A DNA stretch of 64,000 nucleotides, taken from contig DQVX01000016.1 of assembly GCA_015661515.1 (NCBI GenBank), positions 7 through 64,006 of the forward strand, written 5' to 3'. This DNA is from Nanobdellota archaeon (GTDB lineage Archaea > Aenigmatarchaeota > Aenigmatarchaeia > Aenigmatarchaeales > SZUA-1535). The position numbers and the translations under genes are program-made. This document shows, in pieces, positions 9,782-19,771 of this stretch (positions are counted from its first letter, which is position 1; each line of letters begins with the position of its first letter). Under the pieces are notes generated by a model, which saw only the letters and a list, made by a program, of their open reading frames with translations, had not been told where the DNA came from and did not search any database.

Positions 9782-9892
9782 GCCCCGGTAGCTCAGCTGG
9801 TTAGAGCGGTCGCCTCGTAAGCGACAGGTCGAGGGTTCGAAAATAAGTATAATATTTTCTAGAATTTTCAGAAACTCCCTCCCGGGGCTCCA
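9782..9892 (+). tRNA. tRNA-Thr(CGT) with a non-canonical ~34-nt intron in the T-loop; CCA encoded
   Basis: Acceptor 'GCCCCGG/CCGGGGC'; D-arm 'GCTCAGCTGGTTAGAGC'; anticodon arm 'GTCGC CTCGTAA GCGAC' (anticodon CGT); T-stem 'GAGGG...CCCTC'. The T-loop 'TTCGAA' is interrupted by 9842..9875 before T60. Confidence 0.8.
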
Positions 9893-9893
9893 T

Positions 9894-11078
9894 TTAAAAA
9901 TTATTAAGAGTTTTTTGTGTAAGTACCATGCTAAGCTTTAAGTAATATTTTAAAGGCACTTTTAATCTTTTTTCAATTGTGGCTAAAGCTTGTTTTAAAT
10001 CTGAAAATTTTTCGGGTTTTTGTTCAAAAGCTCTTCTTATTGTTTCGCGAACTTCCCATACACCTACTGGAAGTACATAGCTTTCATAAATTTCGCGAAA
10101 AACCACTACACATGCTTGTTTTCGCATTTTTTCAAGTTGTTCACAAATTGCTAGACGTGCAGCATAATAGCCGCCACCCTGTTCTATTGCATAACATGTT
10201 CTATCTCTCCAAATTTCGCGTTCCACAGTGATTTTAAGCTCTTTTCCAGCCCAAACACTTCCAGCTGACCAAGCTTCAAAAAGTTCAAAACTCCAAGGTT
10301 TTGGAATAAATAAAATTTCGAAATGATTGCCTAAGTGTTCATTATTCCATACTAGGTATTCATTAATCAAAGAATATCCTCGAATTTTTTGTAAAAGTTT
10401 TTTGGCTATTATATCATCTACTGCAGTAATGCTCCATCTAGTTGGTACAAGCTTTTTTTGTTTTCCTAGTATTCCAGTAGAAAATAGACGAGTAATAGAA
10501 TAAACATCTTCCCCGCTTTTATAAAGCATATAAACTTGTTCACTAGCTTTAATATCATCTGAAATTATTTTTTCAGTTTTTTGTGGAATTTTGGGAGTAC
10601 TTGCAATTATAAGCTTTTTTATTTCTCCACTTGGTCCCATGGGTTGTAGAAATGAAGAAAAGGAAATTTTTGGAACTAATTTTTTAAAATAAGCTTCTAC
10701 ATATACAGGCTTTTCGGAAAGAACAAGTTCTTTTATATTTTCATGAAATTTTTCTGGTTGTTTTACATTTATAGTTTTTTTAATTCTAAGTAAATAAGCT
10801 CTAAAATTTATTATTTCTTTATAATCTTTTCCATACCATTGTGAAGGATTATCTAGAATTTCAAGATTTTGATTTTCTAAAAGCGAAACTAAAGGACCTG
10901 CATATACATAAGGATAGCCTATTCTTCCAACAAATACAGAAGGCGGAGTAGGTGAATAAACCTGGTTTTTCAAAATTCTTTTTACACTTTTTTCAGCAAA
11001 TCTTACAACATTTAAAGGGCAATAATTTCTTCCACATAAGAATTTTCCACCTTTACATCGTAAACATAAGCTTGGCAT
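9894..11078 (-). CDS. nreA: NreA-like archaeal DNA repair protein (N-terminal C4 zinc finger, C-terminal PIP box)
   Basis: N-terminal 'CLRCKGGKFLCGRNYCP' C4 finger; 394 aa; C-terminal 'QKTLNNF' fits the QxxLxx(F/Y) PCNA-interaction motif typical of Nre-family proteins. Confidence 0.5.
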   Translation of the reverse strand: MPSLCLRCKGGKFLCGRNYCPLNVVRFAEKSVKRILKNQVYSPTPPSVFVGRIGYPYVYAGPLVSLLENQNLEILDNPSQWYGKDYKEIINFRAYLLRIKKTINVKQPEKFHENIKELVLSEKPVYVEAYFKKLVPKISFSSFLQPMGPSGEIKKLIIASTPKIPQKTEKIISDDIKASEQVYMLYKSGEDVYSITRLFSTGILGKQKKLVPTRWSITAVDDIIAKKLLQKIRGYSLINEYLVWNNEHLGNHFEILFIPKPWSFELFEAWSAGSVWAGKELKITVEREIWRDRTCYAIEQGGGYYAARLAICEQLEKMRKQACVVVFREIYESYVLPVGVWEVRETIRRAFEQKPEKFSDLKQALATIEKRLKVPLKYYLKLSMVLTQKTLNNF

Positions 11079-11199
11079 GTATTTTTTATTAAACCGCGAT
11101 TCTTATAAATCTCGAGTTGAATCTATTTCCAATTAAGAACAGGTAGAAAATTGGTTTTATTAAGTTTTATTAACTCTTTTATCTTGTTTATCGCATTTC

Positions 11200-12033
11200 T
11201 TACTCTAAAAGTTTTTCAAAAAAAGCTTTTGCTGGTTTTTCTATATCTTTTGCGTAACCTCCTTCTAAAACCATGAAAAATTTTTTAGCAGTTTGTTTAA
11301 AAGGTTTTACAAGCAGTGCTATTTTTTCAAAATCTTTTTCTTTAAGTAATAATTGAGAAAGATTATCTTTTTCATAAGTATCAAATCCCAAGGAAATAGC
11401 AAAAATATCAGGTGAAAATTTTTCTACAATTTTTAAAGCTTTTATAAGCACTTTAATGTAAAATTCTCCTTTTGTATATGGAGGTAGTGCGAAATTTATA
11501 CAATTTTTTCTACTTTCTTTTCCTGTCCCAGGAAAAAGTGGATATTGATGCAAAGATATGTAAAGCACATTTTCTTTACCAAAGAAAATATTTTCTGTTC
11601 CATTCCCATGATGCGCATCTATATCTAAAATTACTGCTTTTTCTTCTTTCTTTTGAATACTTTTTAGTGCTACTGCTATATTATTTAAATAACAAAATCC
11701 TCCTAAGAAATTTTTTCCTGCATGATGCCCTGGTGGCCGTGAAAGGGAAAAACCATTAACTTTTGCTGCTTTAACAGCGCAAGATACAGAAGAAAGAATA
11801 TAATCAAAATCTAATTTTGGAGTATCTAAATCAAAATACTCTTTGTTTTTTAGTTTTTTTATGAATTCTTTTTCATGAACTTTTAACAACAAAGTTTCAT
11901 TTATTTTTCTTGGTTTGATAAAGCTTGCTCCTAATTCTTCTAAAACCAATTTTATTTTTTCTACTCTTTGAGGATTCTCAGGATGAAAGGGAAAAATATA
12001 ATTTAAGCATTTTTCATCAAACACAACTTTCAT
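11200..12033 (-). CDS. histone deacetylase/acetoin-utilisation (AcuC)/acetylpolyamine amidohydrolase family protein
   Basis: 'GFCYLNN' and 'DIDAHHGNGTE' motifs of the arginase/deacetylase superfamily. Confidence 0.8.
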   Translation of the reverse strand: MKVVFDEKCLNYIFPFHPENPQRVEKIKLVLEELGASFIKPRKINETLLLKVHEKEFIKKLKNKEYFDLDTPKLDFDYILSSVSCAVKAAKVNGFSLSRPPGHHAGKNFLGGFCYLNNIAVALKSIQKKEEKAVILDIDAHHGNGTENIFFGKENVLYISLHQYPLFPGTGKESRKNCINFALPPYTKGEFYIKVLIKALKIVEKFSPDIFAISLGFDTYEKDNLSQLLLKEKDFEKIALLVKPFKQTAKKFFMVLEGGYAKDIEKPAKAFFEKLLE

Positions 12034-12037
12034 AAAA

Positions 12038-13228
12038 TTAAATTACTTTCGTCTTATAAAGAATTAGTACTACCAAGACCCCTGAAATAAGAGTAGTGGC
12101 GCCAAGTACTAACAAAGCCTGTGTAAGTGTATAAACATCAGCGATATAGCCTATGACTGGAATTATAGAAGCGTAGAAAAGTTTTGTTAATAAAGACTTG
12201 GCGCTTAGTAGAGTAGCACGTATTCTGGAAGGTGTTAAAGAGTTTATGTATTCTGTTATTATTGGTTCTGAAAAACCTCGAATAAATTGTTGAATAAAAG
12301 CAAAAATAAATGCAAAGGAAAACACGAATTTGCCCATTAAAAAGTAGCTTATAGACAAAATAATCGGAAGTATAACAAGAGATCTAGTTTTTCCTATTTT
12401 TTCTTCGATGACATAAGCATATTTTGAAGAAAGAGCCGCAATAATATTGAACAAAGCAAAAATAAATCCAAAATATACTATGTCAATATTAGAAAGATTA
12501 AAGTAAGGTTGATATAACCAGAGTACAGCATTTGTAAAAGCTAGTAGTACAGCTGAATAAAGTATCAGTGCTTTTATCTGTGAGTGTTTTATGATATATT
12601 TTTTTATTGTAAAGAAAAAATCTTTGATATAATCCTTTTTTACTATTCTTTTGTAAATTCTTGGTTCTTTGAGACTGAGTGAAATTAGAAGTAAAATGAA
12701 GAAAAATGGTACGCATGCATAAAAAGTTAGGCGGAGATTTATTTTCCCTATAAACCCACCAACCACACTTGAAATAATTGCAGCTATAAAAGAATAAGAT
12801 ATAACACTTCCAGAAATTTTTTTATACTCCTTTTCCTCTCCTAAATTTTTTAAAGTATCATAAAGCAAGGCTAAATTCGCACCAGATAAAAAACTCGCTG
12901 ATATACCCCAGAGAATCTCTGCTACTAGAAACTGGAAGAAGTTATCACCAAGACTGTAAATGATTATAGCAAAGAATAGACTCAAGCTTCCTATTACCAA
13001 AGAAGTTTTTCTTCCATATAAGTCTGCGAAATAGCCTGAAGGAAGTTCAAGAACCACTATAGTAATAGAAAAAATAGATTGAAGTATCATAACTTCTGTT
13101 AAATTCAAACCATTATCCATCCAGAAAAGTACAACGACAGGAACAGGAAAAACCAAATTCGAAAGAAAATGTATGGCTTTTAATTTCCAGATATTGCTCT
13201 TAAGAGCTTTAGCTTGGGAAGAATGCAT
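12038..13228 (-). CDS. MFS transporter
   Basis: About 12 TM helices; 'GYFADLYGRK' motif-A-like loop between TM2 and TM3. Confidence 0.7.
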   Translation of the reverse strand: MHSSQAKALKSNIWKLKAIHFLSNLVFPVPVVVLFWMDNGLNLTEVMILQSIFSITIVVLELPSGYFADLYGRKTSLVIGSLSLFFAIIIYSLGDNFFQFLVAEILWGISASFLSGANLALLYDTLKNLGEEKEYKKISGSVISYSFIAAIISSVVGGFIGKINLRLTFYACVPFFFILLLISLSLKEPRIYKRIVKKDYIKDFFFTIKKYIIKHSQIKALILYSAVLLAFTNAVLWLYQPYFNLSNIDIVYFGFIFALFNIIAALSSKYAYVIEEKIGKTRSLVILPIILSISYFLMGKFVFSFAFIFAFIQQFIRGFSEPIITEYINSLTPSRIRATLLSAKSLLTKLFYASIIPVIGYIADVYTLTQALLVLGATTLISGVLVVLILYKTKVI

Positions 13229-13573
13229 ACATTTTTAATTTCAAAAATACTTATAAACCTTTTTTTCCAAAAACTTTTCATGCTTTGCGTATTTTATCTA
13301 GAAAAATATGGGAAAAAAGCAGAAGAAATTTTGAAAAAAGACGATATTTGTTCAAGACAAAGCATTGCTTTAAGAGAGGCAAAAACTCTTGGAATAGATA
13401 AAGAAGGTTATTTTCTTTTCTTTGAAGGTAGCGAGCAAGCATGTGAAAGAGCTAAAGAACTTTTAAAAGAATTTGTTAAAGAAGTTGAAGAAGAAGTCCT
13501 GGAAAAAGTAAGAAAAGCTTATGAAGAAGAAAACGAAAAAGCCTTACAAGGTTTTGGAGGAATTTTTGGATAA

Positions 13574-14869
13574 TTATTTTTTTCTTTCAAACCTTTTTAC
13601 TATTCCACAACAATTTTTTTCGGGGCAAATACCAATTTTACACTTAGGTGCTATTAGATTCTTAAGTTCTGGAACAGCTTTGGTTACATTTTCTGAAATT
13701 TTTTCAGCAAATCTACGAACTTCATAATGTGTAGTAGAGCAAGATCTTATCCCTATAAATCCAAAGGGATCAAGTAAATTATAACCATCTAAAATTAATT
13801 TAAACTTGACTTTAAGTGCATGTGGAATAATATATAAAGCATGCTTTTTTTCAACACCACTTTTTATAAGTTTTTCATAAAATGCTATTGCATTATGAAA
13901 AGCTTCTTTATAACTTTTTCCTGCGTTTGGAGGAATGTGAAAATATTCTTCTTTTGGATTTTTAAGGTATCGTTCTATTGCTTTATATATAGGCTCTACA
14001 AATTGCTTAACAGTTCTATGCCTTTTTATTTCATTCCAACCAGCTAATGAAATAAAAGAAACTACTTTTACAAATATTTCTAATTGTGCATGTTGTGAAA
14101 TTTTTTTCCAGTCAACACTTTTGTTATAAAGTTCTAAAATTTTTCTTATATCCCCTTTATAAATTACTTCTACACATTCATTTTCTAATATTTCATAATC
14201 TCCAAAAATATTTGGAAATGTATATCCTGTTTCATAAGCTTTTTCTGAGTTTTTAAAAATATAGGAAGTTTTTAGTTTTAAAATTTTTTCAAATTCGTTA
14301 GAAATTATTTTGAGCTCCTCTGGAATAGCTTTATTTCTTTTACATTCATTTATGCATGTTAAAATTGTTTGAGCAGGGAAAGAAAAAAAGCCATAAGAAG
14401 TAAAGCCTAAAGGTAAAATATTTCTTGCTTGATCATATCCGAACTTAAGTAAGTTTTTATATTCTTTTAATAACTCTTTGCAAATTTTTTCGTATTCGTT
14501 TTTATATTCCGAATTTTTAATAGCATCTGGAATTACTATATTATCCATAGAAATTTCTATTCTTCTTGAGCTAAACATTAAATAAGAACCAAAAGGAAAA
14601 GATGTAAGAAAAAAATCTATAACTCTACTTCCTTCTATCCAGAAATAGAAAATAGGAGTAGTCAATAAGCTTGCATGTCCTCGTTTTGTTGCTTCTTCAT
14701 GAAATTTTTTTACAGCATTTTCGCTTAAAGATTCAAGCATTTTTGTGAAATCTCCTTTTTTTGCTGTAAGAATTCCTGAAACTGCTAAAATTTTATCAGG
14801 AATAAAATTTTTATATACTGGGCCATAATCTATAAGCTCAACTTTTATACTTTCTGTTACACTCTTCAT
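13574..14869 (-). CDS. protein with two degenerate ThyX (Thy1)-like repeats and a C-terminal Cys cluster
   Basis: 'RGHASLLTTPIFYFWIEGSRVIDFFL' resembles the ThyX 'HxSV...FTFxIxGxSRA' block but lacks RHR. A second block 'IKRHRTVKQF...ERY' follows. The protein ends 'CKIGICPEKNCCGIV'. Confidence 0.3.
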   Translation of the reverse strand: MKSVTESIKVELIDYGPVYKNFIPDKILAVSGILTAKKGDFTKMLESLSENAVKKFHEEATKRGHASLLTTPIFYFWIEGSRVIDFFLTSFPFGSYLMFSSRRIEISMDNIVIPDAIKNSEYKNEYEKICKELLKEYKNLLKFGYDQARNILPLGFTSYGFFSFPAQTILTCINECKRNKAIPEELKIISNEFEKILKLKTSYIFKNSEKAYETGYTFPNIFGDYEILENECVEVIYKGDIRKILELYNKSVDWKKISQHAQLEIFVKVVSFISLAGWNEIKRHRTVKQFVEPIYKAIERYLKNPKEEYFHIPPNAGKSYKEAFHNAIAFYEKLIKSGVEKKHALYIIPHALKVKFKLILDGYNLLDPFGFIGIRSCSTTHYEVRRFAEKISENVTKAVPELKNLIAPKCKIGICPEKNCCGIVKRFERKK

Positions 14870-14904
14870 AAAATATTTAAATACAACATTAACTAATAAT
14901 TTTT

Positions 14905-15177
14905 ATGCCGCTAATTGGAGTTGTTATAGTAAATGTAATTATTGCTTTAATATTGTTTTTAGTGGCTTTTCGAACATATAAGTCTTACAAACTAAGAATT
15001 TTTAAAAATGCTTGGTTAATCATAACAATTGGTAGTGTATTATGGCTAATTGGAACTTTATTATTATTAGTAGGAGAAGTAGGAGTAATTCATACTGCTT
15101 TATTTACAATCTTTATAATTTTATTAACAATTGCGCTTTATTTATTATCAAAAGTAGGAGAAACCTTAGGTGTTTAA
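14905..15177 (+). CDS. small membrane protein (90 aa)
   Basis: Three hydrophobic helices; lies immediately upstream of glyA. Confidence 0.4.
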   Translation: MPLIGVVIVNVIIALILFLVAFRTYKSYKLRIFKNAWLIITIGSVLWLIGTLLLLVGEVGVIHTALFTIFIILLTIALYLLSKVGETLGV

Positions 15178-16440
15178 ATGCTAAATAAAGTTTTAGAAGT
15201 AGTAAAAATGCAAAATTTGTGGAGAAGGAAACAATGCTTAAATATGATAGCAAGTGAAAATGTTCTCTCTCCTTTAGCAGAAAAGCTTTATATTTCTGAT
15301 TTTGAAGGCCGATATAATGAACATGATGAAGAATGCCACTACCAAGGCACAAAATATGCTATGGAAATAGAAAATATTGTTAATAAAATTTTTGGAGAAA
15401 AGTTTTCAACACCTTTTGTTGATTGTAGACCAATAGCAGGAGCTATAGCAAATCTTTGCGTATATCATGCTTTTCTTAAGCCTGGTGATGTTTTTATAGC
15501 CCCAGGCTTAACAGCAGGTGCTCATGTTTCTTCTACAGAATACGGAATAGCAAGTGTTAAAGGATTAAAAAGTATTTCAGCTTTTTTTGACTTCGAAAGA
15601 TTTGTGCTTGATGTAGATAAAACAGCTTTACTTATAGAAAAGCTCAATCCAAAACTTATTATGCTTGGTCGCTCTGTTTTTCTTTTTCCCGAGCCTATTA
15701 AAGAACTTAGAGAAATAGCAGGAGATTCAATAATAGTTTATGATGCTGCTCATGTTTTTGGATTAATTTATGCAAACGAGTTTCAATCTCCTTTTGAAGA
15801 AGGAGCTGATATAATTACAGCATCCACTCATAAAACATTTCCAGGTCCACAGGGGGGAATAATACTTGCTAAAGCAGATTTTGATGAACAAAAATGGAAA
15901 AAAATACAAAGAGCTATATTTCCAGGAGTAATTAGCAATCATCACATTCACCGCTTACCTGCTCTTGCGGTTACAGCTTTAGAGATGAATGAATTTGGAG
16001 AAAGTTATGCCAAGCAAATAATAAAAAATGCTAAATGTTTTGCACAAGCTTTATATGAGCTTGGATTTAATGTGCTTTGCGAAGAATATGGGTTTACAAA
16101 TTCACATCAAATTCTTGTTGATGTTAAAAATCTTGGTGGTGGAAAAATAGTAGCAGAAAAACTTGAAAAGGCTAATATTATTACAAATAAAATTGCTTTG
16201 CCATGGGATAAAGATAAAGATGCTACCCAAAACCCTTCTGGTATTAGAATAGGTGTACAAGAACTTACAAGATGGGGAATGACACAAAGCGAAATGAAAG
16301 AAATTGCAGAATTTTTCAAAAAAGTTTTAATAGATAACCAAGATCCAAGTAAAGTAAAACAAGAAGTCATAGAGTTTAGAAAGAATTTCCAAGAAATTAA
16401 ATATGCTTTTTCTTTAGAAGGTGAAATTTATGAAGTATAA
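15178..16440 (+). CDS. glyA: serine hydroxymethyltransferase
   Basis: 'MIASENVLSPLAEK' and the PLP-lysine region 'TASTHKTFPGPQGG'; 420 aa. Confidence 0.9.
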   Translation: MLNKVLEVVKMQNLWRRKQCLNMIASENVLSPLAEKLYISDFEGRYNEHDEECHYQGTKYAMEIENIVNKIFGEKFSTPFVDCRPIAGAIANLCVYHAFLKPGDVFIAPGLTAGAHVSSTEYGIASVKGLKSISAFFDFERFVLDVDKTALLIEKLNPKLIMLGRSVFLFPEPIKELREIAGDSIIVYDAAHVFGLIYANEFQSPFEEGADIITASTHKTFPGPQGGIILAKADFDEQKWKKIQRAIFPGVISNHHIHRLPALAVTALEMNEFGESYAKQIIKNAKCFAQALYELGFNVLCEEYGFTNSHQILVDVKNLGGGKIVAEKLEKANIITNKIALPWDKDKDATQNPSGIRIGVQELTRWGMTQSEMKEIAEFFKKVLIDNQDPSKVKQEVIEFRKNFQEIKYAFSLEGEIYEV

Positions 16441-17155
16441 ACAAAATTTCTTTCCAAATGAATGGCTAGTATGTGATTTTCATATTCATACAACTTTTAG
16501 TGATGGTAAACTACCTCTTAGGGAAGTGGTTGATTTATATGGACAACATGGAGTAGATGTTATTGCAATAACAGATCATGTTTTGGATAAATATACGCTT
16601 AAAGAAAGAAAAGAAAAAGGCCAACCTATTAATGCAATAGAAGAAGACAATTTTAAAGAGTATTTAAAGCACTTATGGAAAGAACAAAAAAGAGCATGGG
16701 AAAAATATAAAATGCTTTTAATACCTGGAATAGAAATAACTAACAATCATAAATTATACCATATTCTTGGAATAGATGTAAAAGATTATGTAGATCCTAC
16801 TTTAACTGTAGAAGAAATTGTTAAAGAACTTAAAGATCAAAATGCATTAGCTATAGCTGCTCATCCAGATAAAAAGAAAACTGACGAAGAACATTTATCA
16901 TGGTATCTATGGAAAAACCAAGAAAAATATAGAGATTTATTTGATGCTTGGGAGGTTGCTAATAGAGATGATCTGTTTAATTCAATTGGAGTAAAGAAAT
17001 ATAATTACGTTGCAAATTCTGATTTTCATGAAAAAGAACACATTTATTCTTGGAAAACATTAGTTAAATGTGAAAAAAATATTGAAGCTATAAAAGAAGC
17101 AATAATAAAAAATGAAGATGTGGCAATTTATTTAATGAGAAAGAAATACAAATGA
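16421..17155 (+). CDS. PHP-domain metal-dependent phosphoesterase
   Basis: 'CDFHIHTTFSDG' PHP motif I plus downstream His/Asp ligands. Confidence 0.7.
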   Translation: MKFMKYKQNFFPNEWLVCDFHIHTTFSDGKLPLREVVDLYGQHGVDVIAITDHVLDKYTLKERKEKGQPINAIEEDNFKEYLKHLWKEQKRAWEKYKMLLIPGIEITNNHKLYHILGIDVKDYVDPTLTVEEIVKELKDQNALAIAAHPDKKKTDEEHLSWYLWKNQEKYRDLFDAWEVANRDDLFNSIGVKKYNYVANSDFHEKEHIYSWKTLVKCEKNIEAIKEAIIKNEDVAIYLMRKKYK

Positions 17156-17176
17156 TTTTTAATTTAGGCTGATCAA

Positions 17177-19744
17177 ATGATTACATATATAAATACAGGG
17201 CTTTCAGAAAAAGAAGCTGAAAAAAGGTTAAAAAAATATGGGTATAATGAGCTGAAAGAGAAAAAAATAACTGCTATAAAAATTTTGCTCAGACAATTTT
17301 CCAATTTTATTATTTATGTGCTTCTTGCTGCAGCAATAATTTCTTTATTGATTAAAGAACACCATAGCTTTTTTGTTATTCTAGCAATTATAGGTATTGT
17401 AATATTTCTTGGGTTTATTCAAGAATATAAAGCAGAAAAAGCTATGCAAGCTTTAAAAGAAATAATAGTGCCTATGACTACTGTTTTAAGAGATGGTGAA
17501 ATTAAAAAAATACCTACAAGAAATATAGTACCGGGCGATATTTTAATTTTAGAGGCAGGTGATAAAGTTCCTGCTGATGCAAAAATTTTAGAAGCTTTTA
17601 GTTTAAAAGTAGATGAATCTATTTTAACTGGGGAAAGTATCCCAGTTGAAAAATCTAAAGGAGATTTGATTTTTTCAGGAACTACAGTTGTTCATGGAAA
17701 ATGCAAAGCTTTAGTGAAAGCTACTGGAATGCAAACAAAAATAGGAAAAATAGCTCAACTAATTCAAGAAATCGAAGAAAAAACACCGCTCCAAATTAAA
17801 ATTGAAGAGCTGGCAAAAAATTTAGCTACAATTGCTTTAATTGCTTGTGTTATTGTTTTTTTAATAGGTATTTTGAAAGGAGCTCCTATAGGAGAGATGC
17901 TTGTAATAGCTTTGGCTTTAGCTGTTGCATCTGTTTCAGAAGGATTACCATTAACATTAACATTAACCTTAGCTTTTGGTATGCATAAAATGGCTAAACA
18001 TAATGCTATAGTAAGAAAAATGCTTGGTATAGAAGCTCTTGGAAGTGTAACAGTAATTTGCACAGATAAAACAGGAACATTAACAAAAAATGAAATGACA
18101 GTAGAGAAAATTTTTGTTAATGATAAAATTATTACTGTAACAGGCTGTGGATATGAATTAAAAGGTGAATTTTTTATAAACGGTAAAAAAATCAATGTAA
18201 CAAAACAAAAAGATTTAATTATGCTTATAAAAGCATGCGTGTTGTGTAATAATGCAGTTCTTAAAGAAAATAAAACAATTGGCGATCCTACAGAAATAGC
18301 ATTATTAGTTTTAGGTGAAAAGGCAAATTTATCTAAAAAAGAATTAGAAAAGGAATATAAAAGAATAGATGAAATAGTTTTTACACCTGAAAGAAAACTT
18401 ATGACAACTGTACATAAAAAAGGGAATAAAATAGTAATTTTTAGTAAAGGTGCACCTGAAGTTATTTTGGAAAAATGCAAATATATTCAAAAAAATGGTA
18501 AAATATTCAAACTTACCAAAAAAGAAAAAGAAAAAATTTTAAACTTAAATAAAAACTTTGCAAGAACTGGATTAAGAGTTTTAGGAGTTGCTTATAAATT
18601 TGCTAAAAAGATAGAGAAAGAAAATTATGAAAAAAATTTAATATTTCTTGGATTAGTTGGAATGATAGATCCACCTAGAGAAGAAGTAAAACAAGCCATA
18701 GAAGCTTGTAAAAAAGCAGGAATAAAAGTTATAATAGTAACAGGAGATCATCCTGAAACTGCTAAAGCTATTGCAGAAAAAATAGGATTAAATGTCAAAA
18801 ATGGAATAATTACAGGAGAGAAATTAAAAAAGCTTAGTGAAAAAGAGCTTGAAAATATGATTGAAAACATAGTTATTTTTGCGAGAATAATGCCAGAGCA
18901 AAAGTTAAAAATTGTTAAAATATTAAAAAACAAAGGTCATATTGTAGCAATGACAGGTGATGGAGTTAATGATGCTCCTGCATTAAAAAAAGCTGATGTT
19001 GGTATTGCAATGGGTATTAAAGGTACAGATGTAGCTAAGGAAAGTGCTGATATAATTTTACAAGACGATAATTTTGCAACAATTGTTGAAGCTATAAGAC
19101 AGGGTAGAACAATTTATGATAATATAGAGAAATTTACTTGTTATTTAATTTCAAGAAATTTCACAGAATTAATTTTAATTTTTTTGGCTATTATTTTATT
19201 AGGATTTGAGTTTTTGCCTTTGTTAGCAATACATATTTTATTTATAAACACCTTTGATGAAATTCTACCTTCATTAAGCTTAGGTTTAGATCCACCACAA
19301 AGTCATGTGCTTCTTAAAAAACCAAGAAATCCTAAAGAAAAAATTTTAAATAAAAGAAATTTAATTTTCACTCTAAGCGTGGCAACATTTATAGCTTTGG
19401 CTTCGTTTTTTGTATTTTTATCTTCAATAGATAATATAGAAAAAGCAAGAACATTAACATTTGCTACTATTGTTAGCACAATATTATTTTTACCTTTTGG
19501 TTTTAGATCTTTAGAAGATTCTATATTAAAAATTGATATTTTCACAAATAAATTAATGATAATTGGTGTAATATGTACATTTTTAATTACATTAAGCATT
19601 ATGTATATTCCATTTTTCCAAAATATTTTTGAGTTAGTACCTTTAAGCTTAAAAGATTGGAGCATTGCTCTATCTGTTGCATTTTCTTCATTAATTTTTG
19701 TAGAAGTGATAAAAGCAAAAATTTTTAAACCCTGGAGATCTTAA
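17177..19744 (+). CDS. P-type cation-transporting ATPase (type II, Ca2+/cation)
   Basis: 'ICTDKTGTLT' phosphorylation site; 'MTGDGVNDAPAL' hinge; about 10 TM helices; 855 aa. Confidence 0.9.
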   Translation: MITYINTGLSEKEAEKRLKKYGYNELKEKKITAIKILLRQFSNFIIYVLLAAAIISLLIKEHHSFFVILAIIGIVIFLGFIQEYKAEKAMQALKEIIVPMTTVLRDGEIKKIPTRNIVPGDILILEAGDKVPADAKILEAFSLKVDESILTGESIPVEKSKGDLIFSGTTVVHGKCKALVKATGMQTKIGKIAQLIQEIEEKTPLQIKIEELAKNLATIALIACVIVFLIGILKGAPIGEMLVIALALAVASVSEGLPLTLTLTLAFGMHKMAKHNAIVRKMLGIEALGSVTVICTDKTGTLTKNEMTVEKIFVNDKIITVTGCGYELKGEFFINGKKINVTKQKDLIMLIKACVLCNNAVLKENKTIGDPTEIALLVLGEKANLSKKELEKEYKRIDEIVFTPERKLMTTVHKKGNKIVIFSKGAPEVILEKCKYIQKNGKIFKLTKKEKEKILNLNKNFARTGLRVLGVAYKFAKKIEKENYEKNLIFLGLVGMIDPPREEVKQAIEACKKAGIKVIIVTGDHPETAKAIAEKIGLNVKNGIITGEKLKKLSEKELENMIENIVIFARIMPEQKLKIVKILKNKGHIVAMTGDGVNDAPALKKADVGIAMGIKGTDVAKESADIILQDDNFATIVEAIRQGRTIYDNIEKFTCYLISRNFTELILIFLAIILLGFEFLPLLAIHILFINTFDEILPSLSLGLDPPQSHVLLKKPRNPKEKILNKRNLIFTLSVATFIALASFFVFLSSIDNIEKARTLTFATIVSTILFLPFGFRSLEDSILKIDIFTNKLMIIGVICTFLITLSIMYIPFFQNIFELVPLSLKDWSIALSVAFSSLIFVEVIKAKIFKPWRS

Positions 19745-19771
19745 ATATTAAATTATTGGGGTGATGGCTTA

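Noticed and set aside
17950-17967. Tandem 'TTAACA' hexamer repeat
   Set aside because: It lies inside the ATPase CDS and simply encodes an LTLTLT stretch of a TM helix. It is not a CRISPR or regulatory repeat.
17764-18480. 238-aa antisense ORF inside the P-type ATPase gene, and similar internal ORFs (5032..5262, 6562..6753, 7409..7699, 8618..8883, 9977..10231, 11472..11759, 12498..12716, 13841..14047, 15113..15352, 15763..16370, 18748..19665, 19797..20554, 21605..21943, 23271..23498, 24265..24847, 25498..25756, 26418..26648, 28202..28429, 30469..30723, 31590..31796, 33091..33447, 34131..34377, 35112..35396, 39556..39759, 40310..40501, 40830..41597, 43399..43791, 44222..44425, 44865..45074, 46350..46634, 46921..47109, 53870..54079, 54242..54706, 59354..59605)
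   Set aside because: Each is fully embedded opposite or out of frame within a longer ORF that has clear homology motifs. Their low-complexity composition reflects AT-rich antisense strands.
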